Under the pieces are notes generated by a model that was given only the letters and a program-made list of their open reading frames with translations, did no database searches and was not told the origin of the DNA. Of a stretch of 64,000 bases of DNA, positions 39,127-48,902 are shown piece after piece. The stretch's first letter is position 1; every line of letters begins with the position of its first letter. A program made the position numbers and the translations under genes. The DNA is from a virus (taxonomy: Duplodnaviria > Caudoviricetes). The stretch covers positions 1 through 64,000 of IMG/VR virus record IMGVR_UViG_2871745582_000001, one strand, 5' to 3'.

Positions 39127-40335
39127 TTACCGTTTCATGGCTTCGTTGATCTGGGTCTGAAGGATGGTTTTAGCCTGTACGGTGGCAGCCTCTTTGCTTA
39201 GCCCCGTAGACATAAAATATTTGATCAGGTTGTTGGCCTGATCCTGCAGGGCTTTCTTCAGTGCGGCGGCTTCTGCTTTTGCCTGTTGGGCTTTCGCCTC
39301 GGCTGCCTTGCGGGCGGTCGCGTTTTTGGAAACGCTGGTGCGCGCTTTTTTAAGCAGCCGGCGCACGTTGTCCGTCGTGACGTCCGCCGACTTCAGTTTT
39401 TTGCCAAGCGAGGCTTGCGCCTGCTGGTATTTATCAAATTCCTGCTTTGCTTTGGCCTGATTGGTGGTGGTGGTGCGGTTGCGCGCCAGGGCTTTCGCCA
39501 CTTCGCCTTTAAAGAAGGTTTGCGTCTTGCGCTTGTCGTCGCCGAATGCCGTCTGATCGGCGGCTTTCTCCAGCGCGGTTATAAGCGGCCGGTGCCAGGT
39601 GGCTGACTGAAACTTGGTAAGAGCGTGCAGAACGTGTTTACAGGCAACGCCCGTCAGTTCCGGGTTGCGCTCTTTGGGGTAGGCGTACTCTTTCGGCGGC
39701 GCCACGGCGTAATTGCCTGCGGTGGCCATGTAGCGGTACCAGTATTGGTGTCGGCCGCAGTCGCAATCAAACGAGACGCGCCCCTTGCACAGCGCCGCCG
39801 CAATGCGGGGCTTTTTAGCGCCGTCCTCGCCGATATCGTCAACCGCCTGATCCCACTCTTCGAAACGTATTTTTACCCGGTGATGCTGGTGCACTGACGC
39901 ATCTGAGGCGCGCACGGAGATAATGGCCAGATTATGCTTCATGCCCAGGAACGTGGCTGATTTTATGCCTGTGCCGTCGTCAACCTTGTTACTGGCGCGC
40001 TTGATATCAATGCTGGTGGATTGCGCCACAACCTGCGCATAGGTGATCCCGGCAACATTGTTGCGGAAGTTGGTTTTATGCGCCTGCCGGGAGGCATCAA
40101 ACTGCCGGATATCGTCTGGCGTGAAATAAGTGCCGTCCTTTTTCCGCCCCAGGCTGAGGAATGCGTCCAGTTCCCGGTTGCGCTTGCCCATTAGCCGCGG
40201 CGTCAGCGTGCGCTTGGCTCCTCGCCGCTTCTGGCGCTGCTGCTTCTGGATCAGGTCGAATACCTTATGAAACTGCTTAGCATCAAGCCCGTCGGTCTGA
40301 TATCGCCCCTGATCGTCCTTTTCAAAGTCGGCCAT
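39127..40335 (-). CDS. P1 gp25-like protein (SWIM-type Zn motif)
   Basis: CDCGRHQYWY...CKH. Confidence 0.75.
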   Translation of the reverse strand: MADFEKDDQGRYQTDGLDAKQFHKVFDLIQKQQRQKRRGAKRTLTPRLMGKRNRELDAFLSLGRKKDGTYFTPDDIRQFDASRQAHKTNFRNNVAGITYAQVVAQSTSIDIKRASNKVDDGTGIKSATFLGMKHNLAIISVRASDASVHQHHRVKIRFEEWDQAVDDIGEDGAKKPRIAAALCKGRVSFDCDCGRHQYWYRYMATAGNYAVAPPKEYAYPKERNPELTGVACKHVLHALTKFQSATWHRPLITALEKAADQTAFGDDKRKTQTFFKGEVAKALARNRTTTTNQAKAKQEFDKYQQAQASLGKKLKSADVTTDNVRRLLKKARTSVSKNATARKAAEAKAQQAKAEAAALKKALQDQANNLIKYFMSTGLSKEAATVQAKTILQTQINEAMKR

Positions 40336-40344
40336 GCTTTTTCC

Positions 40345-40722
40345 TTACGATACCGACAGCGTGCCCATGATCTGCCCGTCGTTTTCAAAATGGCGGATCA
40401 TTTCACGTATCCATACGGCGGGAGGCAGATACAGCTTCTGGCCGATGGTCATCTCGTCAGATTCATCCTCCAGCCCGGCAGCAAGCGTTACGACCCAGCG
40501 GAGCTCATGAACGCCCCACAGGCGATACGCCAGAAGGTCAGGGCGGTAGGCTTCATCAGGTCGCACGTATCGCACATAGAGATTCTGGTCACTGGATTCG
40601 CATTTTTTCATTACTTCCTGGCGAAGCAGGGCGCGAAGAACCGGATCGGAGATGTTGCGATCGTCATAACGTGACAGAGTCACTTCACTGGTGCTGTCGG
40701 TGCTGGTGGTAGATGTGGCCAT
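40345..40722 (-). CDS. P1 gp26-like baseplate protein (LysM-like)
   Basis: YRPDLLAYRLWG motif. Confidence 0.78.
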   Translation of the reverse strand: MATSTTSTDSTSEVTLSRYDDRNISDPVLRALLRQEVMKKCESSDQNLYVRYVRPDEAYRPDLLAYRLWGVHELRWVVTLAAGLEDESDEMTIGQKLYLPPAVWIREMIRHFENDGQIMGTLSVS

Positions 40723-40886
40723 ACGTCCCCCGTAAAAAGTCAGGTGGAGTGTAGGGCAGGTTAATTGTCACATTACCGGTGACGCCTTTACCGGAAGGTG
40801 AAAATTACCCGCCCGGTAAACAAATAAGTTGACCAAGTAAGCATTAGTGTTTACTATTCTTCCATGTTCAACAGACAGGAGGAGTA

Positions 40887-41063
40887 GTGAAGCAAAGCGA
40901 GTTCAGGCGGTGGCTTGAATCTCAGGGAGTCGAGGTTTCAAACGGCGCAAACCATTTGAAACTGAGATACAAAGGGAAGCGAAGCGTAATGCCCAGGCAT
41001 CCCGGCTCAGAGATTAAAGAAGGACTGCGAAAGGCCATCATTAAGCAGCTTGGCCTGAAATAA
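40887..41063 (+). CDS. hicA: HicA toxin (58 aa, GTG start)
   Basis: MKQSEFRRWLESQGV...NHLKL...MPRHP; strong RBS. Confidence 0.92.
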   Translation: MKQSEFRRWLESQGVEVSNGANHLKLRYKGKRSVMPRHPGSEIKEGLRKAIIKQLGLK

Positions 41064-41111
41064 CTAACCAGCCCTCCGGGGCTGGTTCTCGCGGAGATTC
41101 ACTAAGACGAT

Positions 41112-41519
41112 ATGCGATACCCAGTAAATCTTGAGCCTTGCGAAGGCGGATATGTGGTTTCGTTCCCGGATATACCGGAGGCGCTTACTCAGGGCGACAC
41201 GCGCGAGGAGGCTCTGGAGATGGGGCTGGACGCGCTGGTAACTTCATTCGATTTTTATTTTGAAGATAACCAGCCGGTACCCGCGCCAGGCAATATAACC
41301 GGTGATTTTGTAGAGGTGCCGGCCAGCGTAGCGGCAAAGGTGCTGCTGCTTAATGCGTTCATTGGATCCGGCTTGACTCAGGTTGAGCTGGCTTCACGCA
41401 TGGGCGTTAAAAAGCAGGAAGTGACCCGCCTGTTTAACCTGCATCACTCCACCAAGATCGACACGGTACAAAAGGCACTGTCGGCGCTGGGTAAGCAACT
41501 GGAATTGATAGCGGCCTGA
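41112..41519 (+). CDS. hicB: HicB antitoxin
   Basis: VSFPDIPEALTQGDT plus C-terminal HTH. Confidence 0.93.
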   Translation: MRYPVNLEPCEGGYVVSFPDIPEALTQGDTREEALEMGLDALVTSFDFYFEDNQPVPAPGNITGDFVEVPASVAAKVLLLNAFIGSGLTQVELASRMGVKKQEVTRLFNLHHSTKIDTVQKALSALGKQLELIAA

Positions 41520-41527
41520 GCCACCAC

Positions 41528-41547
41528 AAGCCCCGAAAGGGGCTTTT
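41528..41547. terminator. Intrinsic terminator
   Basis: AAGCCCC-gaaa-GGGGCTTTT. Confidence 0.75.
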
Positions 41548-41550
41548 CAT

Positions 41551-42300
41551 TTACAGATACCGTCCCGTCCCTGTCAGCTCTCCCTGCGGCACTTTTTCTT
41601 CATCAAGCTGGTGCAGACCGCGAAGCAGGTTGAAGAAAGGATCGAGGGGATGCGTGGCGTCGTGCCGCTCGATTTCTCCGGCCATTGCCCGGATGTAATC
41701 TGCGCTGGCCGGGTTGTGGTATTCAGTGGCGTAACAGCTTAGCAGCGTCAGGACGTGTTCTGCCTGAAGCGCCGCCCAGTCAATGCGGTAAAATTCTTCG
41801 CCGTCTTTGGTGCGGTCCGTGTCGAAAATATTCGGGGGTAACTGGAATTTGCCGGAGTCCTGGCGCGGGAAACGCAGCGCGCTTTGGCGATCCAGTTCGT
41901 TATAAATATTCATCGCGGCCACAAGCACGGGTGTTCCGCCCGTCAGCTCATCCCGGAGGCGCACGCGATGCCCGGCGCGGCCGGTAATGAAGCTGTTTTC
42001 TTCATCCACCAGCACCATAAAGCCTTTTTCTTCTTTCTCACGGATATCGCTGAGAAGGCTCAACTCCATCGCACGACGCTTCTCCGGATACAGGGTCTTT
42101 TCACCCATGATCAGCTCGTTATCACGCCAGCCGGCTGTCAGCATTACCGGGCGGCCGACGCTCATGCACACGACACAGATTTTCTTATCCATACGTCTCC
42201 AGAAAAAGAAAAAGCCACCATGAATGGCGGCCTTATATGCGTTGCCCGGCACCTGGCTAGTGCCGTCCATGGAAGTTTTTGGAAAGAGTCCCATCGGCAC
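41551..42300 (-). CDS. mat: Maturation control protein (alternative start 42192)
   Basis: MDKKICVV..SVG; late promoter at 42313-42331; follows ref. Confidence 0.8.
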   Translation of the reverse strand: MPMGLFPKTSMDGTSQVPGNAYKAAIHGGFFFFWRRMDKKICVVCMSVGRPVMLTAGWRDNELIMGEKTLYPEKRRAMELSLLSDIREKEEKGFMVLVDEENSFITGRAGHRVRLRDELTGGTPVLVAAMNIYNELDRQSALRFPRQDSGKFQLPPNIFDTDRTKDGEEFYRIDWAALQAEHVLTLLSCYATEYHNPASADYIRAMAGEIERHDATHPLDPFFNLLRGLHQLDEEKVPQGELTGTGRYL

Positions 42301-42424
42301 CGGGCGTCAGTAATGATAGAGAAAGTGCTTTGTTAGCTCGCGGCTTTTTTCTCTTCCTGCTTTGGGGTGCTCAGCTGGTGGAAAAACCACTGCCGGCGGA
42401 TCGCTTTGCTTTTAACTCGTGACC

Positions 42425-42697
42425 TCACAGATTCACCTCGGACACGTCATTACGAAGAGGGTTAAGCAACGGATGACGGAGCTTTGTGTCGTGGCCAACG
42501 CAGAAAACAATCCCGGTTGAATCGCGGATCAGCCATGAGCCGATAGCCTGGCGGCTTGTATGCTCCGGAGAGGCCTTGCGTGCCTGTACCGCCCATGCTG
42601 GCGCGCTGGAAGGGTAGCCCGCAAGGAATGCTGCTGAGAGGCGGTAAGCCTGTTCAGGCGTGGGGCAATTGTCCGGTACGGAAATGCAGTTGATCAT
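42425..42697 (-). CDS. Hypothetical protein
   Basis: Translationally coupled ORF. Confidence 0.45.
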   Translation of the reverse strand: MINCISVPDNCPTPEQAYRLSAAFLAGYPSSAPAWAVQARKASPEHTSRQAIGSWLIRDSTGIVFCVGHDTKLRHPLLNPLRNDVSEVNL

Positions 42698-43287
42698 GGG
42701 CGCACCATCCAGTCTTCAGCCATTAAATCGCCCGTGGAAGGCACCCAGCCGCACACCAGATCCCCGCCAGCATTTTTAAGCGCCAGTACGTCGTCAAAAG
42801 CCAGACCCTCGATATCAGCCCCCAGACCAACCGCTGCAGAGCGAGCAAGATTGGCCCCCGGGACAAGAACGATAAATTGCCCTTTGCCGTTCCAGCCAGC
42901 ACGCGCAACGCGTTTACCTTTCTTTAACCATAAAAGGGCGGCTGAAAAGTCAGCCATAGCCTGAGCATCTGCCGGGCTATCGTCAGCAGGCTTGCCGGGA
43001 TTACCGCAGGGTTCTGAGCAGCGGTAGTAGCCCTGACCAGTCTGTATCAGCAGAGAAAACGCCTGCGCACATATGAGAATAGCCCTGCGCCCTATGACCG
43101 GAATTAAGAGCCAGTCATTTTCATCTGAGCCCTCAAGGATCAGGGGCTGCTGTTGAACAACTGACGCAATCTCTGCCGGCGAATGAAACAGCATACCTGC
43201 AGCGTAAAAATCACCGACGCGGACGGCGCGGTACTCATTGTCTTTAACGTCTTTTACAGAAATGAATTTCACTTTATGAGAAGTCAT
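42694..43287 (-). CDS. DUF2829 (Tad2-like) domain protein
   Basis: FSAALLWLKKGKRVARAGWNGKG...WVPSTGDLMAEDW. Confidence 0.85.
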   Translation of the reverse strand: MTSHKVKFISVKDVKDNEYRAVRVGDFYAAGMLFHSPAEIASVVQQQPLILEGSDENDWLLIPVIGRRAILICAQAFSLLIQTGQGYYRCSEPCGNPGKPADDSPADAQAMADFSAALLWLKKGKRVARAGWNGKGQFIVLVPGANLARSAAVGLGADIEGLAFDDVLALKNAGGDLVCGWVPSTGDLMAEDWMVRP

Positions 43288-43310
43288 AGTTGCCTCAAAT
43301 AATTTATTAA

Positions 43311-43895
43311 TTAGAGTAATATTTCAGCAATAGAAACCGCATCCACCAGCAGTTCTAATTCTGGCTTGTTCAGGCGGTTAAATTCAGATTTGCCGCCTAC
43401 GTTACCGTCTGCATGCACCGGCACCAGCCAGGGGTAAATGGCGCGGATCTCAGCGGGTGCCGCGTGCTGGTGGTGCCATTTGCATAACGGCAAGACCAGC
43501 TTGTGCGCGCCGGGCTTTGTACGCCCCTCGATATGGTGAAGGCTGATTTCCTCTGTGGTTTTGCCGTGCATGAGGCAGGCTATGCAGGGCAGGCGGCCAA
43601 GTGCATTCATTACGCGCCTTTCATCGGCGGTAGGCGTTCGCCCTTTGGTGCCACGACCGGAGGATTTTCGCGTTCTGGAGAGGGTTGTTTTCGGCTTGGG
43701 GGCAGCGGCGCGCTCTTTTGCGCGTTCAATGGCCCGCGCCTGCATGCGCTGGTGGGTTTTGCGCTGGCGCTCATACTGGCTGGCGCGCCATTCAGGATCG
43801 GCCAGCTTGTCGCGCTGCTTGTCGATTTGTTTCTGACGGGCTTTCTGCTGCTTCTGTCGATGGCTAAGCAGCTGGTCCGGGCTAAGTTCTGGCAT
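43311..43895 (-). CDS. ref: RecA-dependent HNH nuclease
   Basis: Basic N-terminus; GRTPT; CIAC; HHIEGR; LCKWHH. Confidence 0.9.
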   Translation of the reverse strand: MPELSPDQLLSHRQKQQKARQKQIDKQRDKLADPEWRASQYERQRKTHQRMQARAIERAKERAAAPKPKTTLSRTRKSSGRGTKGRTPTADERRVMNALGRLPCIACLMHGKTTEEISLHHIEGRTKPGAHKLVLPLCKWHHQHAAPAEIRAIYPWLVPVHADGNVGGKSEFNRLNKPELELLVDAVSIAEILL

Positions 43896-44052
43896 GATTG
43901 AGTTCTCGCTGGCATGCGTCCATGTATCCGCTCTCTTGCCGGTCAGGATGTTTTCACCCCGAGCAATCCGGCTTATGCCCGCTGAATCCAAAAAAAGCCG
44001 CCCGGAGGCGGCAAAGATCAGGACTACAGATTGGGTTGCCTTATAAAATAAT

Positions 44053-44069
44053 AAATTTATTAGAGCAAA
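44053..44069 (-). promoter_or_regulatory. C1 operator before ref
   Basis: TTTGCTCTAATAAATTT. Confidence 0.8.
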
Positions 44070-44398
44070 TCAAGGTTGATATAAAAACTCTGATATCTGC
44101 GCTCCACAATGTGCCGGGCGAATATACCGGCGTAACCCGGCTCCAGCATGCCTGACTCCTGCATCTCATTGCGCAATTCCTCTGCTTTCTGCCCGATAAA
44201 GGTCATTACCCAGAGATTATGAATGTGGGAATTATGCCGCTCTGTCACGCGACGGCGGGCGAGGGAGCACCGCCACACCACCAGCAGGCACACCTGGATC
44301 ATGGTGGTAAAGATGCTCATACCGGGATCGCCATGGGAAAGCGCTAAATTCAGAAAGCCCACGCCGAAGACACCAATATTAAATTGCGTATGCGTCAT
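44060..44398 (-). CDS. Hypothetical membrane protein
   Basis: Operonic ORF with hydrophobic N-terminus. Confidence 0.5.
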   Translation of the reverse strand: MTHTQFNIGVFGVGFLNLALSHGDPGMSIFTTMIQVCLLVVWRCSLARRRVTERHNSHIHNLWVMTFIGQKAEELRNEMQESGMLEPGYAGIFARHIVERRYQSFYINLDLL

Positions 44399-44400
44399 GC

Positions 44401-44907
44401 TCAGTTCCCGCCCGTATGGCCAAAGCCACCAGCGCCGCGCTGCGTTTCGCTGAGTTCGTTAACTTCATTAAACCTGACGCGATACGCCTCCTGTAGCTTG
44501 CCCTGTGCGATACGCTCGGAGATATTCGCGTCAACCAGTGTCGCCATGCCATACAGTTCTTTATAACCAGCGTCACTGTCAGCTGTCAGTGCGATCAGCA
44601 CTTCGCCACGGTAATCGCTGTCAATGACGCCTTCGCAGTTTGCCAGGCGGATATTGTGCTTAAAGCCGTGTCCGCTGCGCCCCACGATAACCATTTCCCA
44701 GCCGGGAGGTATTTCGAACGCCAGACCGGTAGTAAAGACGATCGTGCGGGCGTGCTCTCTGATGCACTCGACGCCCAGCGCAAAGAAATCAAAGCGCGCG
44801 GCACCCTCGGAGGCATAAACGGGAAGCCGGGCTTCAGGGCTGAGTTTTTTGACGGCCAGGTCAATGCACTTTACGCCAGTCGGGATAATCGTTTGTAAAT
44901 GGGTCAT
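44401..44907 (-). CDS. dut: Trimeric dUTPase
   Basis: GRSG, GVIDSDYRGE, RIAQ and RGAGGFGHTG motifs. Confidence 0.93.
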   Translation of the reverse strand: MTHLQTIIPTGVKCIDLAVKKLSPEARLPVYASEGAARFDFFALGVECIREHARTIVFTTGLAFEIPPGWEMVIVGRSGHGFKHNIRLANCEGVIDSDYRGEVLIALTADSDAGYKELYGMATLVDANISERIAQGKLQEAYRVRFNEVNELSETQRGAGGFGHTGGN

Positions 44908-44909
44908 GT

Positions 44910-45356
44910 TTATTCCTGCATCCAGATTTCATTTGTGTCCTGGCACATAAAGCCATGACAGAAGCGGTTATATTGCTGCTTATAGGGGATGTGATTCGGC
45001 TTTTGTGTTTCGTGCCAGTGCTGGTGGCCAGCAACAAAAGCCATGCCGTTGGCGTTATAGGCGCTGTACTCGATGCCTTCGCCGTTTTCTGCTGCGCGCG
45101 CGCCGGCAGCCCAGGCGCTGAGGAAATCGCTGCGATCGGCAAACACGACTGTAAAATCGCCTTCGTCACCAACGCAGCGGATCATGCCTGCCTTGCTCAG
45201 CTGCCCCAGCGTTTTGCTGTCACCGGTAATGTCTTCGCCTGAATAGTTCCCGGCCTCATCCACGTAAGCAAAATGCGTATAGGGAGAATTAAGCTCAACC
45301 GGTACCGCGCAGGCGGCGGCAGTGAAAAAGCGCATCTGGCGTTTTGATACTTTCAT
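44910..45356 (-). CDS. Hypothetical protein
   Basis: Operonic ORF. Confidence 0.6.
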   Translation of the reverse strand: MKVSKRQMRFFTAAACAVPVELNSPYTHFAYVDEAGNYSGEDITGDSKTLGQLSKAGMIRCVGDEGDFTVVFADRSDFLSAWAAGARAAENGEGIEYSAYNANGMAFVAGHQHWHETQKPNHIPYKQQYNRFCHGFMCQDTNEIWMQE

Positions 45357-45370
45357 GCAGCCCTCACCTT

Positions 45371-45604
45371 TTATTCGCTTGGTTCCTGCCAGGCAATTTT
45401 CTGCTCTTCAATGGCGGCGCGGATTTTGGTTACTGACTTGCGGCCAAAGCCTGAGAGGCTCATCAGTCGCTTTTCGCCGGCATTAATCACGTCAAGCACC
45501 GTATGCAAACCTTCCTGCATCAGCGTATCGAGCTGGCCCGGCGTGACAGGGAGAACGCTGGACGGGCCGGTGATGAAATTATTAACGGTGTTGCTGGACT
45601 TCAT
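45371..45604 (-). CDS. RNA polymerase alpha-CTD-like HhH protein
   Basis: GLHTVLDV...LMSLSGFGRKSVTKI. Confidence 0.65.
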   Translation of the reverse strand: MKSSNTVNNFITGPSSVLPVTPGQLDTLMQEGLHTVLDVINAGEKRLMSLSGFGRKSVTKIRAAIEEQKIAWQEPSE

Positions 45605-45664
45605 GTTGATGCTCCGTGCAATAAACAGGGTTGAGGCTGGTGGAGGTATCCACCAGCCGGGGAA

Positions 45665-45925
45665 TTAGATCAATGAATAGCCATCCATAAAGGCTTCTTT
45701 CGGGGAATACGACGCATAAGAATCCCCGTAGATGACATAAAAGCCGCCTACCTGCGGGTTGTGCTTGTTGACCCAGTCGGCATTAACCTGCACAGACGCC
45801 AGCTGAGGGTCAGAAGGCGAAAGCGCGGCGCCATCTGGCGCGTGATTGATCTGCGCAATCTGGAATGCCTGTACAACCTTATGGCTTCTCCAGCGTGGGT
45901 AATTGGTCGAAAGTTCCTGGGTCAT
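45665..45925 (-). CDS. Small phage protein of a domain type often fused to DUF2829/Gp49
   Basis: KVVQA...GGFYVIYGDSYASYSPKEAFMDGY. Confidence 0.7.
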   Translation of the reverse strand: MTQELSTNYPRWRSHKVVQAFQIAQINHAPDGAALSPSDPQLASVQVNADWVNKHNPQVGGFYVIYGDSYASYSPKEAFMDGYSLI

Positions 45926-45935
45926 GTGGTTATCC

Positions 45936-46739
45936 TTATTTCTTTTCAGTAACGAATGCTTTGCCGTAGGCGTTATGGTGGTACGCGATCACCCATGCGG
46001 CGGGCGCAGTGTCGTAATATTTTTCCGCTGTTTTGTTGACGCCCACAAAATAGGTCAACTTAAAACGCTTTCCCTCTGCCGATACCTCGCCTGCTTGCGC
46101 TTCCTGCACAGGCCCAGTCTTTGGGTTTTTACGGTATTCACGCAGTTCTTTCCAGAACGTTTCTGACACCACTTTTTTCTCGCGGCCGGTGAAATCATTA
46201 ACGTGGACCCAGTGCGTCTGGCCTTCGAATTTAGCGTAGTGCTCTGCAAACTCTTCCATCGTCGGACGACCTGAGAAGTTGACGGCATAGCTGTTTGCTG
46301 AGTTCTTCAGGCGGCAGATAACAATAATTTGCCAGGGATAATAAGGATCCTTAGCAAAATCAGATGTGATATAGAATCGCTCACCCGCTTTAACTGGTGG
46401 GCGATGGAGCGGTGCCTCAATCGTGCCGGTCTCCGTCTTCACCGGCTCGACAGAAACAATCTGCTCATCACTGCGCTGGCTGGAGCCAGGCGGCGTGGGG
46501 AATGCTGACGCGCCTGCAGTGACAGGAATAGACGGCGACTCGATTGTCACAGGCGACGCTGGCGCGTGCGGGGCGGCAGCTGCAGGTGTGCCATCGGCGG
46601 CCTGCTTACTCGTGCGGCCCCAGAAATTCGACACGCGGTGAAGTCGCAGAAGCAGCTCGATGTGCTCGGGCTCAATACTGATGCCGGTAACCGCCTGGAA
46701 TGTGCTGGCGGTATGCTGGAAAGGATTTTGTTGTGGCAA
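45936..46739 (-). CDS. Hypothetical protein
   Basis: Long ORF with RBS (GGAG). Confidence 0.6.
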   Translation of the reverse strand: MPQQNPFQHTASTFQAVTGISIEPEHIELLLRLHRVSNFWGRTSKQAADGTPAAAAPHAPASPVTIESPSIPVTAGASAFPTPPGSSQRSDEQIVSVEPVKTETGTIEAPLHRPPVKAGERFYITSDFAKDPYYPWQIIVICRLKNSANSYAVNFSGRPTMEEFAEHYAKFEGQTHWVHVNDFTGREKKVVSETFWKELREYRKNPKTGPVQEAQAGEVSAEGKRFKLTYFVGVNKTAEKYYDTAPAAWVIAYHHNAYGKAFVTEKK

Positions 46740-47005
46740 TTTTTCACTCCTGCATGTGCTGTGTTATAGTGACTTCGATTGATTGTGTGGATGTTCTGGC
46801 ATTCATACGCTGAGCAGGCCGGCGAAAGCTGGCCTTTTTTATTTCCCCTGGCTGGTCTTATACAGCGCCACCAGCACGACCATAGCGGCGGCAACCAACA
46901 GGAACACGCCCGCCTTATCCGCATCATGCTGAATAAATACCAGCCATGCATGCCAGCCCAGCGAACCTGCCCCGAAGAGACAAAAGCCCCAGGTGATCAG
47001 CTTTT

Positions 47006-47422
47006 TCATTTGCGCATCTCCAGCACTGCTGCCTGCGTTTTTGAGCGAATAAGGCTTGCATTCACAGCGCCGATAAAAGGGCCGAATTCTGCCAGCAGCT
47101 TATCCAGACCGCGCCGCGCGGTTTCTTCAGTGGCCTTCACGACAAACGCATTGGCTTTTTCGACGGAGCGCATAGGGTATTCCGCCGTAACGCCAGCGAG
47201 GTCTGGCATATCCTCTGAAAGGTCCATATACACCAACACCACGGGGTTACCGCGGCGGATGGCCGACACGAGCCAGACCGTCTGTATGCCCAGATTAAAT
47301 TCGCGTTTGATGGCTGACATCGCATGCCGTCCTTGCAATGAACTCTTTAAGCTGGCTGGTGGGGCGCCATGTGAAGGGCGTATTACGGGTAACCCATCCG
47401 TTGCTTTCCAGCCGGCCAACAA
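47006..47422 (-). CDS. Hypothetical protein (start possibly 47320)
   Basis: Operonic ORF. Confidence 0.5.
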   Translation of the reverse strand: MLAGWKATDGLPVIRPSHGAPPASLKSSLQGRHAMSAIKREFNLGIQTVWLVSAIRRGNPVVLVYMDLSEDMPDLAGVTAEYPMRSVEKANAFVVKATEETARRGLDKLLAEFGPFIGAVNASLIRSKTQAAVLEMRK

Positions 47423-47577
47423 CGCGGTACCAGCTGCCGCCGCTCCGGTAAAGGCGGCTGAGCAGACCTTTAGTCAGGACGATCGAATCAAGGGAGTCGC
47501 CTTTTTCTGTCATTGCGCGGACTTCGTAGGCGAGGCGGACGGGAGCTCTGACTGCCATGTGATTACCCTATAAAAAT

Positions 47578-47594
47578 AAATTAATTAGAGCAAT
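47578..47594 (-). promoter_or_regulatory. C1 operator
   Basis: ATTGCTCTAATTAATTT. Confidence 0.78.
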
Positions 47595-47636
47595 TTACAC
47601 GGCAATCAGCGCGCTGTCATTCATTTTTGACGGGCT

Positions 47637-48686
47637 TTAGTTGTCTTCCAGTATGCGCACCATGGCGCTGCCTTCAGATTCCAGGTTACGGATATAGGCG
47701 ATCACCATCTCCACGCGAGACCAGCCGCCCGCCTGCATAATCTCCGTCACCGATACACCAGCGCGCGCCATATCAACCGCGGCGCCAACGCGCGCACTGT
47801 GGCCAGACCAAGCCTGATAGCGCAAATCGGTCTTTTTCTTCCTGCCGTGCAGGCGTGAGTGCGCCGATTCAAACAGGGCTTCAAGCGAGCGGGGCGTTAA
47901 TGGCTTCTCAGCAGACGGAACCGGCGCGCCATTTTTAAGGATGCGGCAGAACAGATAATTATCCGGATCTTCCATCACGCCGGACACCTGCATCCAGCTG
48001 TCCACCAGCCCGGTAATGTCACGGCTCAGAGTCTTGAGTGTGCCCGCCGTGCTGACCAGCGTTTTGGTACGGCCAACACGGATCTGAATGCGCCCTTCAT
48101 CCGTGCGGGTAATGTCTTTGGCACGAATGCGGGATATTTCACTGATACGTAGTAGCGTGTTATACGCCAGCCCCAGGAATGCCAGCTCCCTAATCTCGGC
48201 GATTTCTTCTGTGCCGGCCAGCCGCCCGCGCAGCTTATCCAGATCGCGGCGCTGGAATGGCAGCGCCTGACCAGCCTGCTCGCCAGAGTCCACGTTCTCG
48301 CGCCGGATGCGGCGCATAACCAGGCTGACCGCGTTAGAATCGCTGGGCCGCGCCAGCCCGGCGCGCTTGTGGATGATATTGAGCATCTGCAGGTGCATGG
48401 TAATGGTTTTCACCGCCCGCCCCGCCGCCTGCAGGTGAAGCAGGTAATCCCTCACATCTTCCGACTGCGCCGGGAACCAGACGCGGCCACCCTCCTGGCA
48501 CCAGGCGGACCACTGGCGCGCCACCTGCATCAGCATCTTCCAGGTGTGCTCAGAAAAGCCGGTTTTGTCCCGGAACAGTTCGAACAGGTTGCGGCGCACC
48601 TCATCGCTGGTGGCCTCGACTGGCAGTGCGGGAAGATTGATATGAACGGGCGACGAATCAATCAGCGCCATGCTGTTTTTGGTCAT
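47637..48686 (-). CDS. cre: Cre-family tyrosine recombinase
   Basis: FSEHTWKML, SDSNAVSLVMRRIR, YNTLLRISE, GRTKT, WSGHSARVGAA and YIRNL motifs. Confidence 0.95.
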   Translation of the reverse strand: MTKNSMALIDSSPVHINLPALPVEATSDEVRRNLFELFRDKTGFSEHTWKMLMQVARQWSAWCQEGGRVWFPAQSEDVRDYLLHLQAAGRAVKTITMHLQMLNIIHKRAGLARPSDSNAVSLVMRRIRRENVDSGEQAGQALPFQRRDLDKLRGRLAGTEEIAEIRELAFLGLAYNTLLRISEISRIRAKDITRTDEGRIQIRVGRTKTLVSTAGTLKTLSRDITGLVDSWMQVSGVMEDPDNYLFCRILKNGAPVPSAEKPLTPRSLEALFESAHSRLHGRKKKTDLRYQAWSGHSARVGAAVDMARAGVSVTEIMQAGGWSRVEMVIAYIRNLESEGSAMVRILEDN

Positions 48687-48902
48687 GATATTCCCTAAAT
48701 AATGCGCGTCAGCAGCGACCAGAGAAGCGGGAATGATTTTTCCCTTTCCCCGGCAGCGTTGAAATAGGCCCAGCGCCCACGCCACAGCCGTATTGTCCCG
48801 TCACGGCGGGTAAGATGCCAGCCCTCTTTGACAAAACCTTTGGCGCGCCAGATGCCGCGCATTTTTTCAAGTTCCTGATTCTGGGCTACGTTCAAAGCTT
48901 TT

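Noticed and set aside
40887..41519. hicAB as a novel system
   Set aside because: Well-known TA pair, probably the functional substitute for phd-doc
31842..44907. Complete Z-base or deazaguanine DNA pathway
   Set aside because: No purZ, que/fol or dpdA genes are visible
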